64,000 nt of DNA from Longimicrobiales bacterium. Its GTDB lineage: Bacteria; Gemmatimonadota; Gemmatimonadetes; Longimicrobiales; Gaopeijiaceae. The notes under the pieces were generated by a model, which worked only from the letters and a program-made list of their open reading frames with translations, was not told the DNA's origin and did not search any database. This document shows positions 16,787 to 26,612 of the stretch, piece by piece (the first letter of the stretch is position 1; every line of letters starts with the position of its first letter). A program made the position numbers and the translations under genes. Location of the stretch: NCBI GenBank assembly GCA_965202985.1, contig CBDBCF010000001.1:2368001-2432000 (forward strand). The letters are read 5' to 3'.

Positions 16787-19700
16787 GACGGTGGGGCCGG
16801 GGTCCGCGCGACGCCGCCGGACCCAGCGCTCCCGCTCCCGGACCCAGCGCTCCCGCTTCCGGGCCTCCTCCCCGGCGTCCACGGCGCCCCAGCGGCTTCC
16901 AACTCCGCCTCCAGCCGGGCCACTTCGTCCATCAAGCCGGACATCTCCTGGCCGACGGCGCCGAACTCCCGGGCGGCCACCTCCAGACTTTCCCGCTGCG
17001 TGTCGGTGGGCGGTTGCCGCGTGCCCCAATGCCCGCCGGCGATCTGTCCCAGCCGCCCCAGCACCGAGGGCGCCGACGGCTCGTTCAAGCGCCTTCGGGT
17101 CGGGTCGCCCTGGAGACGCGCGACGATCCCCGCCAGCCCGCGCTCCACCTCGGCCAAGCGACGATGCACCTCCGCACCCGCCGCCGGCGTCTCGGCCAGG
17201 GCGGCCCGCATGTGGCGCAACCGGTCTCGTACGCGGCCCGTTTCAGCGGCGGCGCCCCGAGCGCGGCGCAACAGGTCGCCGGTCTCTTCCTGGAAGGCCG
17301 TGGCGGCGGCGAAGTCCGTGCCGGGCGCGGCGTTGGGAACCGGCTTGACGACGAACTCCTGGGGCGCGCCCAGCGGTTGCAGCGACCCGTCCGCGTCCGC
17401 CAGCGCCAGCTCGGCCCGGTACCGGCCCGGAGGCGCCAGCGGTCCCCGGGGTGGGCCAGCCCATGGCGGCACGAAGCCGGGCACGCGCAAGTCCACGGGG
17501 TCGGGCGGGGGCCGACGAAGGTCCCATGCAACGCGGTGCAGCCCGGCCCCGGCAGGCCCCTCCAAGCGGCGAACGGGTCGTCCCTCCGCATCGGCAATCG
17601 AGAGCACGACCTGCGGCTCGCGGTCGAGCGCCTCCTCCGCCAAGCGATCCCAGCCGGGGAAGGGCACGTCCTGGCCTTGTTCCCGCAACGCTTCTTCCTC
17701 GGCGCGCCGAACGTCGCGGGGCGTCCGGGCCGTCTCGGCCAAGTAGTACGTGAAGACGGCGCCGAACGGAGGGTTGGGCGCCGTGTAGTCGGTCGTGCCC
17801 AGCGTGGGCTTGCCGGGTGCTTGCATCGGCACGTTGGGCACGTACCACCAAGCGTCGCGCACGGGGAAGAGCACGGCGCTGTCGTTCGCGTCGTCGCCGT
17901 CCGGCCCGGCGTCGGCGTTGGCGTCGCTTCCGGCGTCCAGGGCGCCCGCGGCCATCTCCCGCAGCGGCCCGTAGTCGTCCAGCACGTAGAACCCGCGGCC
18001 GAACGTCGCGCCAACCAAGTCGTCGTCGCGGCGCTGGATCTCCAGGTCGCGGAAGGCGGCGGGCGGCACTCCGGCGCCCAATTCGATCCAGTCTTCGCCT
18101 CGGTTCGGCGTGAAGAAGACGCCCAATTCGGTGCCTGCAAACAGCAAGTCCGGGTTCACGTGGTCCTGCTCCACCGACCACACGACGGCGTCGTCCGGCA
18201 GGTCTCCCGAAATCGACCGCCACGAGCGCCCAAAGTCGCGGCTCTCGAACAAGTGCGCCCGGTAGTCGCCCTCCTTGTGCGCGTCGGCGGCCGCGAACAC
18301 GGTTCCCGCGTCGTGCAGCGACGCCTTTACGTCGTTCATGAAGGCCCGCTCGGTGACGCCGGGCAAGGGCGCGGCCCGCCGCCACGTTTCGCCGCCGTCC
18401 TCGGTGGCCTGCACAAGTCCGTCGTCGGTGCCCACGTAGAGCACGCCTTCGTCCACCGCCGACTCGGTGATCGTCGAGACGGTGGAGTACAACGACATCG
18501 CGGTGTTGCCGTACAGGGCGTCCACGCTTCGCACGCGGCCCGCCATGGGCATTTCGTAGCGGTTCGAGTTGCGCGTCAGGTCGCCGCTGGCCGGCTGCCA
18601 GGAGTCGCCGCGGTCGTCGCTTCGCCACAGCCGTTGCGAGGCGTAGTAGATGCGTCCGGCGGCGTGGCGGCTCGCAACCAAGGGCGAATCCCAGTTCCAG
18701 CGCTCGGGCGGATCGCCGGGCGCGGGCATGGGGCGGATGCCCACGAGTTCCAGGTTGCGCAGGTCCAGCCGTTGCAAGTTGCCCTGCTGCGACTGGATGT
18801 AGGCGATGTTCGGGTCCACCGGGTCGAAGGCGCACGCATAGCCGTCGGCGCCCAACGGAACGGACCAGTCCCAGTTGCGCACGCCTTCGACGTCGAGCGT
18901 TCGCGACGGCCCCAGCAGCGTGCCCAAGTCTTGCGCGCCGCCCAAGATGTTGTAGAACGGCTCGGCGTTGTCCAGCGCCAGCTTGTAGAACTGGGAGATC
19001 GGCAGGTTGGGGAAGTGGCGCCAGGTGACGCCTTCGTCGAAGGTCTCGTACAAGCCCGCGTCGGTGCCGGCCAGGATGTGCTTTCCGTTGGCGGGGTCGA
19101 TCCAGAAGGCATGGTTGTCGCTGTGCTTCTCGCGGCCGGTGCCCAGCACTTCGAAGCTCGCACCGCCGTCTCGGGTTGCGCGCACGAACACGTCCATCTG
19201 GTAGACCAAGTCGGGATCGTGCGGGGACGCTTCGATCTCTTGGTAGTAGTGCGGCCCCGTGCCGCCGGAGATGTACGAGTTGCGCCGCTCCCAGCTCTCG
19301 CCCCGGTCGATCGAACGGTAGAAGCCCGCTTCGTCCGGCGCGGCCTCGATCGTGGCGTAGACCACGTTCGGCGTGGCGCCGGAAACCGCCAGCCCGATCT
19401 TGCCCATGTCGCCCTTGGGCAGCCCTCGGTGCAGCCGACGCCACGTCTCGCCGCCGTCGGTGGACTTGTGCACGCCCGACCCCGGGCCGCCCGCCAGCAA
19501 CGCCCATACGCTGCGGCGACGCTCGTAGGTGGCGGCGTACATGACGTCGGGGTCCGACGGATCGAACTCCACGTCGGTGACGCCCGTGTCGTCGTCCACT
19601 TGCAGGACGGCGCGCCACGTGACGCCTCGGTCTTCCGACTTGTACAAGCCGCGCTGGCCGCCCGCGGACCAAAGAGGACCTTCGGCGGCGGCGAACACGA

Positions 19701-20256
19701 TGTCGCCGTCGCGCGGGTCCACCAGGACCTTCCCGACATGCTCCGAGTCCTCCAAGCCCATGCGCTGCCACGACTTGCCGCCGTCCAAGCTGCGGTAGAC
19801 GCCGTCTCCCCAGGCCACGTGACGGCCGCTCACGTTCTCGCCGGTTCCGACCCAGACGACGTCCGGGTCCGACGGGTCCACGGCCACGGCGCCGATCGAG
19901 TAGGACGGCTGGTCGTCGAAGACGGGCGTCCACGAGGTGCCTGCGTTGAGCGTCTTCCAGAGTCCGCCCGAGCCGACGGCCACGTACCAGGCGGACGGGT
20001 CGCGCGGATGCACGGCGATGTCGGCGATGCGGCCGCCCATTACCGCCGGGCCGATGCCGCGCAACGCCAAGCCGCCGGCCGCGTCGCGCATGCGTTCCAG
20101 GGCGTCTGTGGCGGTGGCGGGCTGCTGGGCGTGGGCCGGCAAGGCGGCGGCCGACGGCAGAACGACCAGGGCGACCACTGCCGCCAGCGCAGTCGATGCG
20201 GCCGGGCGCGGGGCAAGGGGAACGGCGGTTGAAGCTTGGGCGGGGCAGGCGTTCAT
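16783..20256 (-). CDS. Secreted VPS10/sortilin-like BNR-repeat glycosyl hydrolase
   Basis: Signal peptide, IGPAVMGGRIAD, many SxDGGxTW Asp-box repeats, coiled-coil C-terminus. Confidence 0.88.
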   Translation of the reverse strand: MNACPAQASTAVPLAPRPAASTALAAVVALVVLPSAAALPAHAQQPATATDALERMRDAAGGLALRGIGPAVMGGRIADIAVHPRDPSAWYVAVGSGGLWKTLNAGTSWTPVFDDQPSYSIGAVAVDPSDPDVVWVGTGENVSGRHVAWGDGVYRSLDGGKSWQRMGLEDSEHVGKVLVDPRDGDIVFAAAEGPLWSAGGQRGLYKSEDRGVTWRAVLQVDDDTGVTDVEFDPSDPDVMYAATYERRRSVWALLAGGPGSGVHKSTDGGETWRRLHRGLPKGDMGKIGLAVSGATPNVVYATIEAAPDEAGFYRSIDRGESWERRNSYISGGTGPHYYQEIEASPHDPDLVYQMDVFVRATRDGGASFEVLGTGREKHSDNHAFWIDPANGKHILAGTDAGLYETFDEGVTWRHFPNLPISQFYKLALDNAEPFYNILGGAQDLGTLLGPSRTLDVEGVRNWDWSVPLGADGYACAFDPVDPNIAYIQSQQGNLQRLDLRNLELVGIRPMPAPGDPPERWNWDSPLVASRHAAGRIYYASQRLWRSDDRGDSWQPASGDLTRNSNRYEMPMAGRVRSVDALYGNTAMSLYSTVSTITESAVDEGVLYVGTDDGLVQATEDGGETWRRAAPLPGVTERAFMNDVKASLHDAGTVFAAADAHKEGDYRAHLFESRDFGRSWRSISGDLPDDAVVWSVEQDHVNPDLLFAGTELGVFFTPNRGEDWIELGAGVPPAAFRDLEIQRRDDDLVGATFGRGFYVLDDYGPLREMAAGALDAGSDANADAGPDGDDANDSAVLFPVRDAWWYVPNVPMQAPGKPTLGTTDYTAPNPPFGAVFTYYLAETARTPRDVRRAEEEALREQGQDVPFPGWDRLAEEALDREPQVVLSIADAEGRPVRRLEGPAGAGLHRVAWDLRRPPPDPVDLRVPGFVPPWAGPPRGPLAPPGRYRAELALADADGSLQPLGAPQEFVVKPVPNAAPGTDFAAATAFQEETGDLLRRARGAAAETGRVRDRLRHMRAALAETPAAGAEVHRRLAEVERGLAGIVARLQGDPTRRRLNEPSAPSVLGRLGQIAGGHWGTRQPPTDTQRESLEVAAREFGAVGQEMSGLMDEVARLEAELEAAGAPWTPGRRPGSGSAGSGSGSAGSGGVARTPAPPS

Positions 20257-20285
20257 CGGGACTCCGGTGTTTGTGGGCGGGCCAT

Positions 20286-20942
20286 CTACTTGCCACGCGG
20301 GCCGGGGGGGCGCAAGGGCGCGACTCCGGTCAGGCAATGCTCGTCTTGGTGGTCCAGACGGCCTTGGTGGAACACCACGTGGAGCAGGGTTCCCGCCACG
20401 AACGCCTGGTAGAGTTCGGCGCCCGAGCCTTGGCCCAGCGGGTCGACCGAGGCGCCCAGCAGATAGCCTACCCCCGTGGAGGCCATAAGCACGCCGACGC
20501 CCAGGCTGGCGGCCTTGACCCCGTGACGCGGGCGCACCACCCACCAGATCGCAAGTCCGTCCATCGCCTTGTGCAGCGCCACCGCCGTCCCGAAAGCCAG
20601 CCCCGCGCCTCCTTCCCCGGCCGAGAACGCCGCTCCCTCCAGCAATCCGTGGAGCGCAAACCCCGAGATGCCCGCCACCGTCGCCGCGTCGTCGGCCCGA
20701 GTCGCCCAGCTTCCGAACAAGCGTTCGACCAGCGTCACCGCGCCGAGTCCCGCGACCGCCGCGACCGCTTCCCAGTGCCCATGTCCCTCCAGGATGCCGG
20801 GCAAGACGTGCCAAATCACGAGTGCGGGCACGCCCACGTACACCACGCCGTCCACAAACCGTGCCGAGCGCTGGCCGTCCCCGTGCAAGACGACGTACAC
20901 GAGCACGCCGACCAGGGGCGCCATAGAGGCGACGAACACCAC
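20286..20942 (-). CDS. ZIP-like metal transporter / membrane protein
   Basis: Multiple TM segments; ALHGLLEG, ALHKAMDG, LLHVVFH. Confidence 0.55.
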   Translation of the reverse strand: MVFVASMAPLVGVLVYVVLHGDGQRSARFVDGVVYVGVPALVIWHVLPGILEGHGHWEAVAAVAGLGAVTLVERLFGSWATRADDAATVAGISGFALHGLLEGAAFSAGEGGAGLAFGTAVALHKAMDGLAIWWVVRPRHGVKAASLGVGVLMASTGVGYLLGASVDPLGQGSGAELYQAFVAGTLLHVVFHQGRLDHQDEHCLTGVAPLRPPGPRGK

Positions 20943-21090
20943 GATCGGTTCGTCCCGCGCTCAGGCCCGCAGCGGTGTGGAGTCCTGCCCTGGCGTCATC
21001 GTTCCGAGTATCCGGCCGCGGGGGAGTTGCCACGCAACCGGCGGGGCCGCTCGCGCACATCCAAAGCTAACCACCAGATTCGTCGCCAAC

Positions 21091-22740
21091 ATGTCCGCCA
21101 CGTCGTCAGCAAGCCGAGGGTCGAGCCGAGGGTCGAGCCGACGGGGCCGGTTGCGCCTCGATCCCCAGGTGCTGGTGTTGGGCGGTGGCCCGGCGGGGTC
21201 GGCGGCGGCGGGACTGCTGGCCACGTGGGGACTGGACGTGCAGCTGGTGGAGCGACCCCCATCGCCCGGCACCGAGGCTCGGTCGCTGGCCGAGTCACTG
21301 CCGCCCAGCGCGCGCAAGGTGCTGGGCGCGACGGGGCTGTCGCACGTGGTGGAGGCGGAGGAGTTCCATCCCAACCGGGGCAACACCGCCCTCTGGCGCG
21401 GCGAAGCCCGCAGCGACGACTTCGGCGGGCAGGCGACGGGCTTTCACGTGCTGCGTTCCCGCTTTGACGCCGTGCTGCTTCGGTCCGCGGCCGGGGCGGG
21501 CGCCGTGGTGGTGCGCGGCACGGCCCGGGCTCCCGGTCGGACGGGAGAAGGCTGGACCGTGCCCGTGGACTTGGCCGGCGGCCGTCGGATCGCGGTGCGT
21601 CCCATGTGGCTATTGGACTGCACGGGCCGGACGGGTTTGGTGGCCCGGCGCTGGCGAACCCCCGAGCGCCAGGCGCCGACGCTGGCCGTGGTTCGGCGCT
21701 ACCGGGCGAGCAACGGCTGGCGCGAGGTGGAACCGGCGCACGCCGTGGTGGAGAGCCATGGATGCGGCTGGGCGTGGTCGGTGCCCACTTCGCCGACCGA
21801 GCGCCACGTGGCGGTCATGCTCGACCCCCAAGTCCAGTCGCCAAGGCCGAGCGGCGCCGACCGGGAAGCGAGCTCGAAGGCGTTCGCGGACGGCATCGGA
21901 CGCACGTCGCTGTTGCGGAGCGTGGCCGGGGCGGCGCGTGCCATCGGCCCGCCGTGGGCCGTCGCCGCTTCCATGTACACGGCGCGCGAGTTCGCCTCGG
22001 GGCGGGCGCTGCTGGTGGGCGACGCGGGTTCGTTCGTGGACCCCATGTCGTCCTACGGGGTGAAGAAGGCGCTGGCCTCCGCGTGGCTGGCGGCGGTGGC
22101 GGTTCTCACGTCGATTCGCGACCCGCAGATGGAGCAAACCGCCGTGGAGTTCTTCCGTCGGCGCGAGCGGGACATGTACAGGGCCCTGCGGGACGGCATG
22201 GCGTCACACCTGGCAGTGCCGGAACCTGCGGACGCCCCGTTTCCCGACTCCGACGTCGGCAGTCCCGATTCCGCCGGTCCCGACGCCGCCCCATCCGACT
22301 TCTGGCACAAGCGAGCCGCCTGGCTGGCCGACGCGCCCGACTCCGGCGTCGCGACCACGTCGAGCCCTGCCCGCCTTCGCTCGGACCCGGCCGTCGCGGC
22401 CGCGCTTCAAGCCCTCCGCAGCGGCTCGGGGCGCGTGCGCGAAGGCCGCCTTGCGGTCGCCGATCGGCCCCGCGTCTCCGGCAACCGGATCGAGACGGCC
22501 CCGATGCTGGTCTCGGAGCGCTTCCCCGAGGGAGTCGGCCACCTCCGGGGCGTTGACATGCTTCGATTGGCCGAACTGGCGCCCGCGGCCGACAACCCCG
22601 GCGCCTTGTACGAGTCCTACTCCGCTTGGGCCGACCGCAGGGGGGAACCGACCCCGGCGCTGGCGGACGTCGTGGGCGCGCTGGCGGTCCTGGTGGCCGA
22701 CGGCGTGCTGGCCCTCGTTGACGAAGGGCCGGGCGCGTGA
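21091..22740 (+). CDS. qhpG: FAD-dependent monooxygenase (tryptophan-halogenase-like), QhpG
   Basis: GGGPAG, AESLPP, WAWSVP, GDAGSFVDPMSSYG; immediately upstream of qhpA. Confidence 0.75.
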   Translation: MSATSSASRGSSRGSSRRGRLRLDPQVLVLGGGPAGSAAAGLLATWGLDVQLVERPPSPGTEARSLAESLPPSARKVLGATGLSHVVEAEEFHPNRGNTALWRGEARSDDFGGQATGFHVLRSRFDAVLLRSAAGAGAVVVRGTARAPGRTGEGWTVPVDLAGGRRIAVRPMWLLDCTGRTGLVARRWRTPERQAPTLAVVRRYRASNGWREVEPAHAVVESHGCGWAWSVPTSPTERHVAVMLDPQVQSPRPSGADREASSKAFADGIGRTSLLRSVAGAARAIGPPWAVAASMYTAREFASGRALLVGDAGSFVDPMSSYGVKKALASAWLAAVAVLTSIRDPQMEQTAVEFFRRRERDMYRALRDGMASHLAVPEPADAPFPDSDVGSPDSAGPDAAPSDFWHKRAAWLADAPDSGVATTSSPARLRSDPAVAAALQALRSGSGRVREGRLAVADRPRVSGNRIETAPMLVSERFPEGVGHLRGVDMLRLAELAPAADNPGALYESYSAWADRRGEPTPALADVVGALAVLVADGVLALVDEGPGA

Positions 22741-24749
22741 TACATCAACAGGGCTCGCCACGGCGTGGTCCCGGCCGCGCCATCCCGTGCCGCAGGAGGA
22801 CGCCGATCTCAATTTCCCGTCGGGACGCTGGACCCGCGTTGCGCCCGTCCGCCAGAACGCCGTGCCGCGCCGCCAGGACGCAGCGCCACGCTGCCTGTAC
22901 CACACGCCGCGCCGCTTGTACCGCACGCCGCGCCGCCCGTGCCCCATGTCGTGTCGCCTGGACCGTGCGTCGCGTCGCCTGTGCAACCGCAACCGCCTTG
23001 GCCGTCGCAGCCGTTCCGGCGCCCGCCGCCGCAATTTCGGCCGTCGCGACGCCGACCCAGGCCGTCGCCGCACAGTCCGACTCCGCCGGCATTCCCGTTC
23101 GCGACCAGGGCGTGATCGACGCCTGCCAGCGCTGTCACGCGGTGGACGACGCCGGACGGATGAGCCGCGTCTCCTTCATGCGCAAGACGCCCGAGGGGTG
23201 GCAGCAGTCGATCCGCCGCATGGTGACCCTAAACGACATGGAGCTGGACCCGGAGGTCGCCCGACGCATCGTCCGCTACCTGTCCGACCATCACGGGCTG
23301 GCCCCCGAGGAGCTCGAACCCGGCCGGTTCGAGGTCGAACGTCGCCTGATCGAGTGGACCTACGAGGCGGACAAGGACGTCGCGTACACGTGCAGCCGCT
23401 GCCACTCCATGGGCCGAGTCGTCACGCAGCGCCGCACCAAGGAGGAGTGGGAGCTCCTCATGGCCATGCACCGGGGCTACTACCCGTTGTCGGACACGCA
23501 AGGCTTTCGGCGGATCGGCCCGCCGCCCCCGGACGCCACCGACACGCGCCATCCCATGGACAAGGCGGTGGCCCACTTCGCCCAGGCGTTCCCGCTGGAG
23601 ACGCCCGAATGGACGGCTTGGTCGGCCACGATGCGCCCGCCTCGACTGGAGGGAACGTGGGCGTTCCGAGGGCACGACCCCGGCCGCGGACCGATCTACG
23701 GGACCGTCTCGATCTCGGCGGGCGACGACTCGTCCAGCTTCTTCACCGAATCGTCCTATGTGAACGCCCGCACCGGCGTCGCATCGAGGGGTGCCGGGCG
23801 TGCGGTTGTCTACACCGGCTACCAGTGGCGCGGTAGGTCGTTCACCGGCCGGCCCCAGGGCGCGGGCAACGCCAACGCCGCCCCCGACGCGGCGCTGCGC
23901 GAAGTCATGATGGTGGACCGCAGCCGGGCCGAGATCACCGGCCGCTGGTTCCGGGGCGCGTACGACGAGTTCGGGCCGGACGTGACCTTGGTGCGCGCCG
24001 ACGGACCTGTCCTGCTGGGCCTCTACCCGGTGTCGGCCCGCACGGGGGCTCGCGACGTGAGCGTGCGCATCTACGGCGCCGACTTGGCGGACATGGGCGC
24101 GCCGGAGACGGGGCCCAGCGCGGTGGACATGGGACCGGGAGTGGATGTGCTCGCGGTTGAAGCGGGCGAAGGCGACTTCGTGCTGGCCAGGGTTGCCGTG
24201 GACGAGGACGCCGCCCCCGGCGCGCGCGACGTGTACGTGAACGGACGAGCCGTGCCCGGCGCCTTCACCGTGTACCGCCAAGTGGACCGGATCGCGGTCG
24301 AGCCCCGTGCCGGGATGGCGCGGCTGGGAGGCGGCGCCCACTTCCCCAAGGGATACGCGCAGTTCCAGGCCACGGCGTTCGCCAACGGCCCCGACGGCAA
24401 GCCCGAGACCGCGGACGACTTGGACTTGGGCCAGGCCGACGTGACTTGGTCGCTGGAAGAGTACGCCGCCGTCTTTGACGACGACGACCTGGAGTACGTC
24501 GGAACGCTCGACCAGGACGGCCTCTTCGAGCCGGCGCTGGACGGCCCCAACCCGCGCCGCTCGGGCGAACGCAACAACGTGGGCGACGTGTGGGTGGTCG
24601 CGACCTACCAAGGCCCGGGCGACAACGAAGTGCGAGGCCGCGCGCACTTGGTGGTCACCGTTCCCTTGTACATGCGCTGGGAGCCGTGGCGCGTCCAACA
24701 GACCTGGCCGCCCCCGCCTCCGCCCCCGCCCCGGAGCACGGGACGATGA
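22737..24749 (+). CDS. qhpA: Quinohemoprotein amine dehydrogenase alpha subunit (di-heme c)
   Basis: CQRCH and CSRCH heme motifs, RKTPEGW, YTGYQWRG, ARLGG, LVVTVP. True start may be GTG 22965. Confidence 0.9.
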   Translation: MIHQQGSPRRGPGRAIPCRRRTPISISRRDAGPALRPSARTPCRAARTQRHAACTTRRAACTARRAARAPCRVAWTVRRVACATATALAVAAVPAPAAAISAVATPTQAVAAQSDSAGIPVRDQGVIDACQRCHAVDDAGRMSRVSFMRKTPEGWQQSIRRMVTLNDMELDPEVARRIVRYLSDHHGLAPEELEPGRFEVERRLIEWTYEADKDVAYTCSRCHSMGRVVTQRRTKEEWELLMAMHRGYYPLSDTQGFRRIGPPPPDATDTRHPMDKAVAHFAQAFPLETPEWTAWSATMRPPRLEGTWAFRGHDPGRGPIYGTVSISAGDDSSSFFTESSYVNARTGVASRGAGRAVVYTGYQWRGRSFTGRPQGAGNANAAPDAALREVMMVDRSRAEITGRWFRGAYDEFGPDVTLVRADGPVLLGLYPVSARTGARDVSVRIYGADLADMGAPETGPSAVDMGPGVDVLAVEAGEGDFVLARVAVDEDAAPGARDVYVNGRAVPGAFTVYRQVDRIAVEPRAGMARLGGGAHFPKGYAQFQATAFANGPDGKPETADDLDLGQADVTWSLEEYAAVFDDDDLEYVGTLDQDGLFEPALDGPNPRRSGERNNVGDVWVVATYQGPGDNEVRGRAHLVVTVPLYMRWEPWRVQQTWPPPPPPPPRSTGR

Positions 24750-26176
24750 CGACGTTGCTTGCCCAGCGCGAGTTCCACCCCTTCGAGGCCGCCGGCGAGA
24801 CGTTCGTCTACCTGGTGCCGTCCGCGGGCGTGTTTCACTTGGACGACGTGTCGCGCGCGGTCTTGGAGGCACTTGACCACGGCCCGGCCAGCGAAGACGA
24901 CTTGGTCCGGGCGCTGGGGGATCGCTTCGGGGCCGACGCCGTGCGAAGCAGCGTGGCCGAACTGTTGCGCGTGCGTGCCGCCGGCCCCTCGACGGCGCCC
25001 CCGGACCAGACGCCCCGCGTCCTGCCCCAAGCCGGCTTTCCGCTCACGACGCTGGTGCTCAACGTCACCAACAAGTGCAACTTGGCCTGCACCTACTGCT
25101 ATGAATACGGCGAGGACAAGATCGTGGACACGGCGTGCGACCCCGCTCCCGCCTACATGAGCGAAGAGACGGCGCGCAAGAGCGTGGACTTCATGTTCGA
25201 GCAGTCGGGCGCGCTGCCGGTGGCCCACTTGACGTTCTTCGGGGGCGAAACGCTGCTCAACTTCAAGGTCCTCCGGAAGACGCTGGCCTACGCCAAGCGC
25301 AAGGCCGCCGAGGCGGGCAAGGAAGTCGACTTTTCCCTGACCACGAACGCCACCCTGTTGCGCGAAGAGGTCGTGGAGTGGCTGGCCGAGAACCACGTGG
25401 GCGTGACCGTCAGCATCGACGGCCCCAAGGATGCGCAAGACAAATTCCGCGTCTTCAAGAACGGGGCCGGCACCTACGACTACGTGCTGCCCAAGATCAA
25501 GATGCTCCTGGAGCGCCACCGCTCTCGGCCGATCGGTGCCCGCGTGACACTGACCCGCCACACCTTGGACGCCACGCGCATCTTCCGCCACTTGCGCGAC
25601 GAAGTCGGGTTCTGGGAGGTAGGCTTCGCGCCCGTCACCACTGCCGGAGGCCGGGGATACGCCATCGAGGACACGGGATTCGACCGCATGTTGGAGCAGT
25701 TCGAAGCGCTGGCGGCCGATTTCCTGGAGTACGCCGTCGACAATCGCCACCACGGCTTCTCCAACGTGAAGGACACGCTGGAGGAGATTCACAAGGGCGT
25801 CAGCAAGGCGTTTCCCTGCGGCGCCGGCTTGGGCCTCATGGGCGTGGCCACCGACGGCGACGTGGCGCTTTGCCACCGCTTCGCCGGCTCCGACGACCAC
25901 AGCATCGGCTCCGTGCACGAAGGCGTGGACCGCAAGCGCCAGTTCGAGTTCCTGGGACGCCATCACGTGGCCCACAAGACCGATTGCAGCCGGTGCTGGG
26001 CGCGTCCCTTGTGCGCCGGCGGCTGCTACCACGAGGCCCACGTGCGCTACGGCGACACGGGCAAGGCCAACCTTCACTACTGCGACTGGATACGAAGCTG
26101 GACGGACACCTGTCTCAAGGTCTACGGCGAAATCGCCGTCAAGAACCCGACGTACCTGCGGCAGTTCGACGCATGA
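24746..26176 (+). CDS. qhpD: Radical SAM/SPASM thioether-crosslinking maturase
   Basis: CNLACTYC, FFGGE, SPASM cysteines CGAG...CHRF...CSRC...CAGGC...C; N-terminal RRE-like region. Confidence 0.92.
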   Translation: MTTLLAQREFHPFEAAGETFVYLVPSAGVFHLDDVSRAVLEALDHGPASEDDLVRALGDRFGADAVRSSVAELLRVRAAGPSTAPPDQTPRVLPQAGFPLTTLVLNVTNKCNLACTYCYEYGEDKIVDTACDPAPAYMSEETARKSVDFMFEQSGALPVAHLTFFGGETLLNFKVLRKTLAYAKRKAAEAGKEVDFSLTTNATLLREEVVEWLAENHVGVTVSIDGPKDAQDKFRVFKNGAGTYDYVLPKIKMLLERHRSRPIGARVTLTRHTLDATRIFRHLRDEVGFWEVGFAPVTTAGGRGYAIEDTGFDRMLEQFEALAADFLEYAVDNRHHGFSNVKDTLEEIHKGVSKAFPCGAGLGLMGVATDGDVALCHRFAGSDDHSIGSVHEGVDRKRQFEFLGRHHVAHKTDCSRCWARPLCAGGCYHEAHVRYGDTGKANLHYCDWIRSWTDTCLKVYGEIAVKNPTYLRQFDA

Positions 26177-26204
26177 ACGCGCGCCTGCACCAAGGAGTCG
26201 AGCG

Positions 26205-26612
26205 ATGGAGCACTTGAAAGCAGTCAACCGGAAGGCCGAGCGCATACGCAGCTTCACGGCGGGGGCCGGCGGCGAGGCGGATGCCGTCGGCGCGGATGCC
26301 GTCGGGGTCGAAGGCGCGGACGCGGCCCAGGACGCCTTGGATGTGCAGGCGCTTGAAAGCGGGCCGCCCGCGCCGCTGGGACCGCACATCCCGCTGGGTT
26401 GCTCGTTGGTGTTCGCGCCCGGCTGGGAGGTGGACTCCAGCGGCGGCACCGCCGGGCTCTGCCAGCCGGTGGAGCGCGACCTGTTCGACTGTCACCTGGC
26501 GTGCTTCTGGCCGGCCCATGTGCCCGACCAGCTGAACCACGCGCCGGACTGGACAGGCAAGTGCGCGTCCGCCCAGAAGGACTGGCGCAAGATCGACCTG
26601 ATTTTCCCGTGA
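26205..26612 (+). CDS. qhpC: Quinohemoprotein amine dehydrogenase gamma subunit (CTQ precursor)
   Basis: MEHLKAVNRKA leader; core GCSLVFAPGWEVD...LCQPVERDLFDCHLACFWPAHVPD...DWRK. Confidence 0.95.
   Translation: MEHLKAVNRKAERIRSFTAGAGGEADAVGADAVGVEGADAAQDALDVQALESGPPAPLGPHIPLGCSLVFAPGWEVDSSGGTAGLCQPVERDLFDCHLACFWPAHVPDQLNHAPDWTGKCASAQKDWRKIDLIFP

Noticed and set aside
20943..21000. Read-through or selenocysteine at the in-frame TGA (20961-20963) upstream of the ZIP-like gene
   Set aside because: The upstream peptide is not protein-like, no SECIS-like hairpin is evident, and a GTG start at 20942 suffices.
24746..26612. Novel ranthipeptide/sactipeptide RiPP cluster
   Set aside because: The precursor and neighbouring genes match the known QHNDH gamma-subunit maturation pathway.
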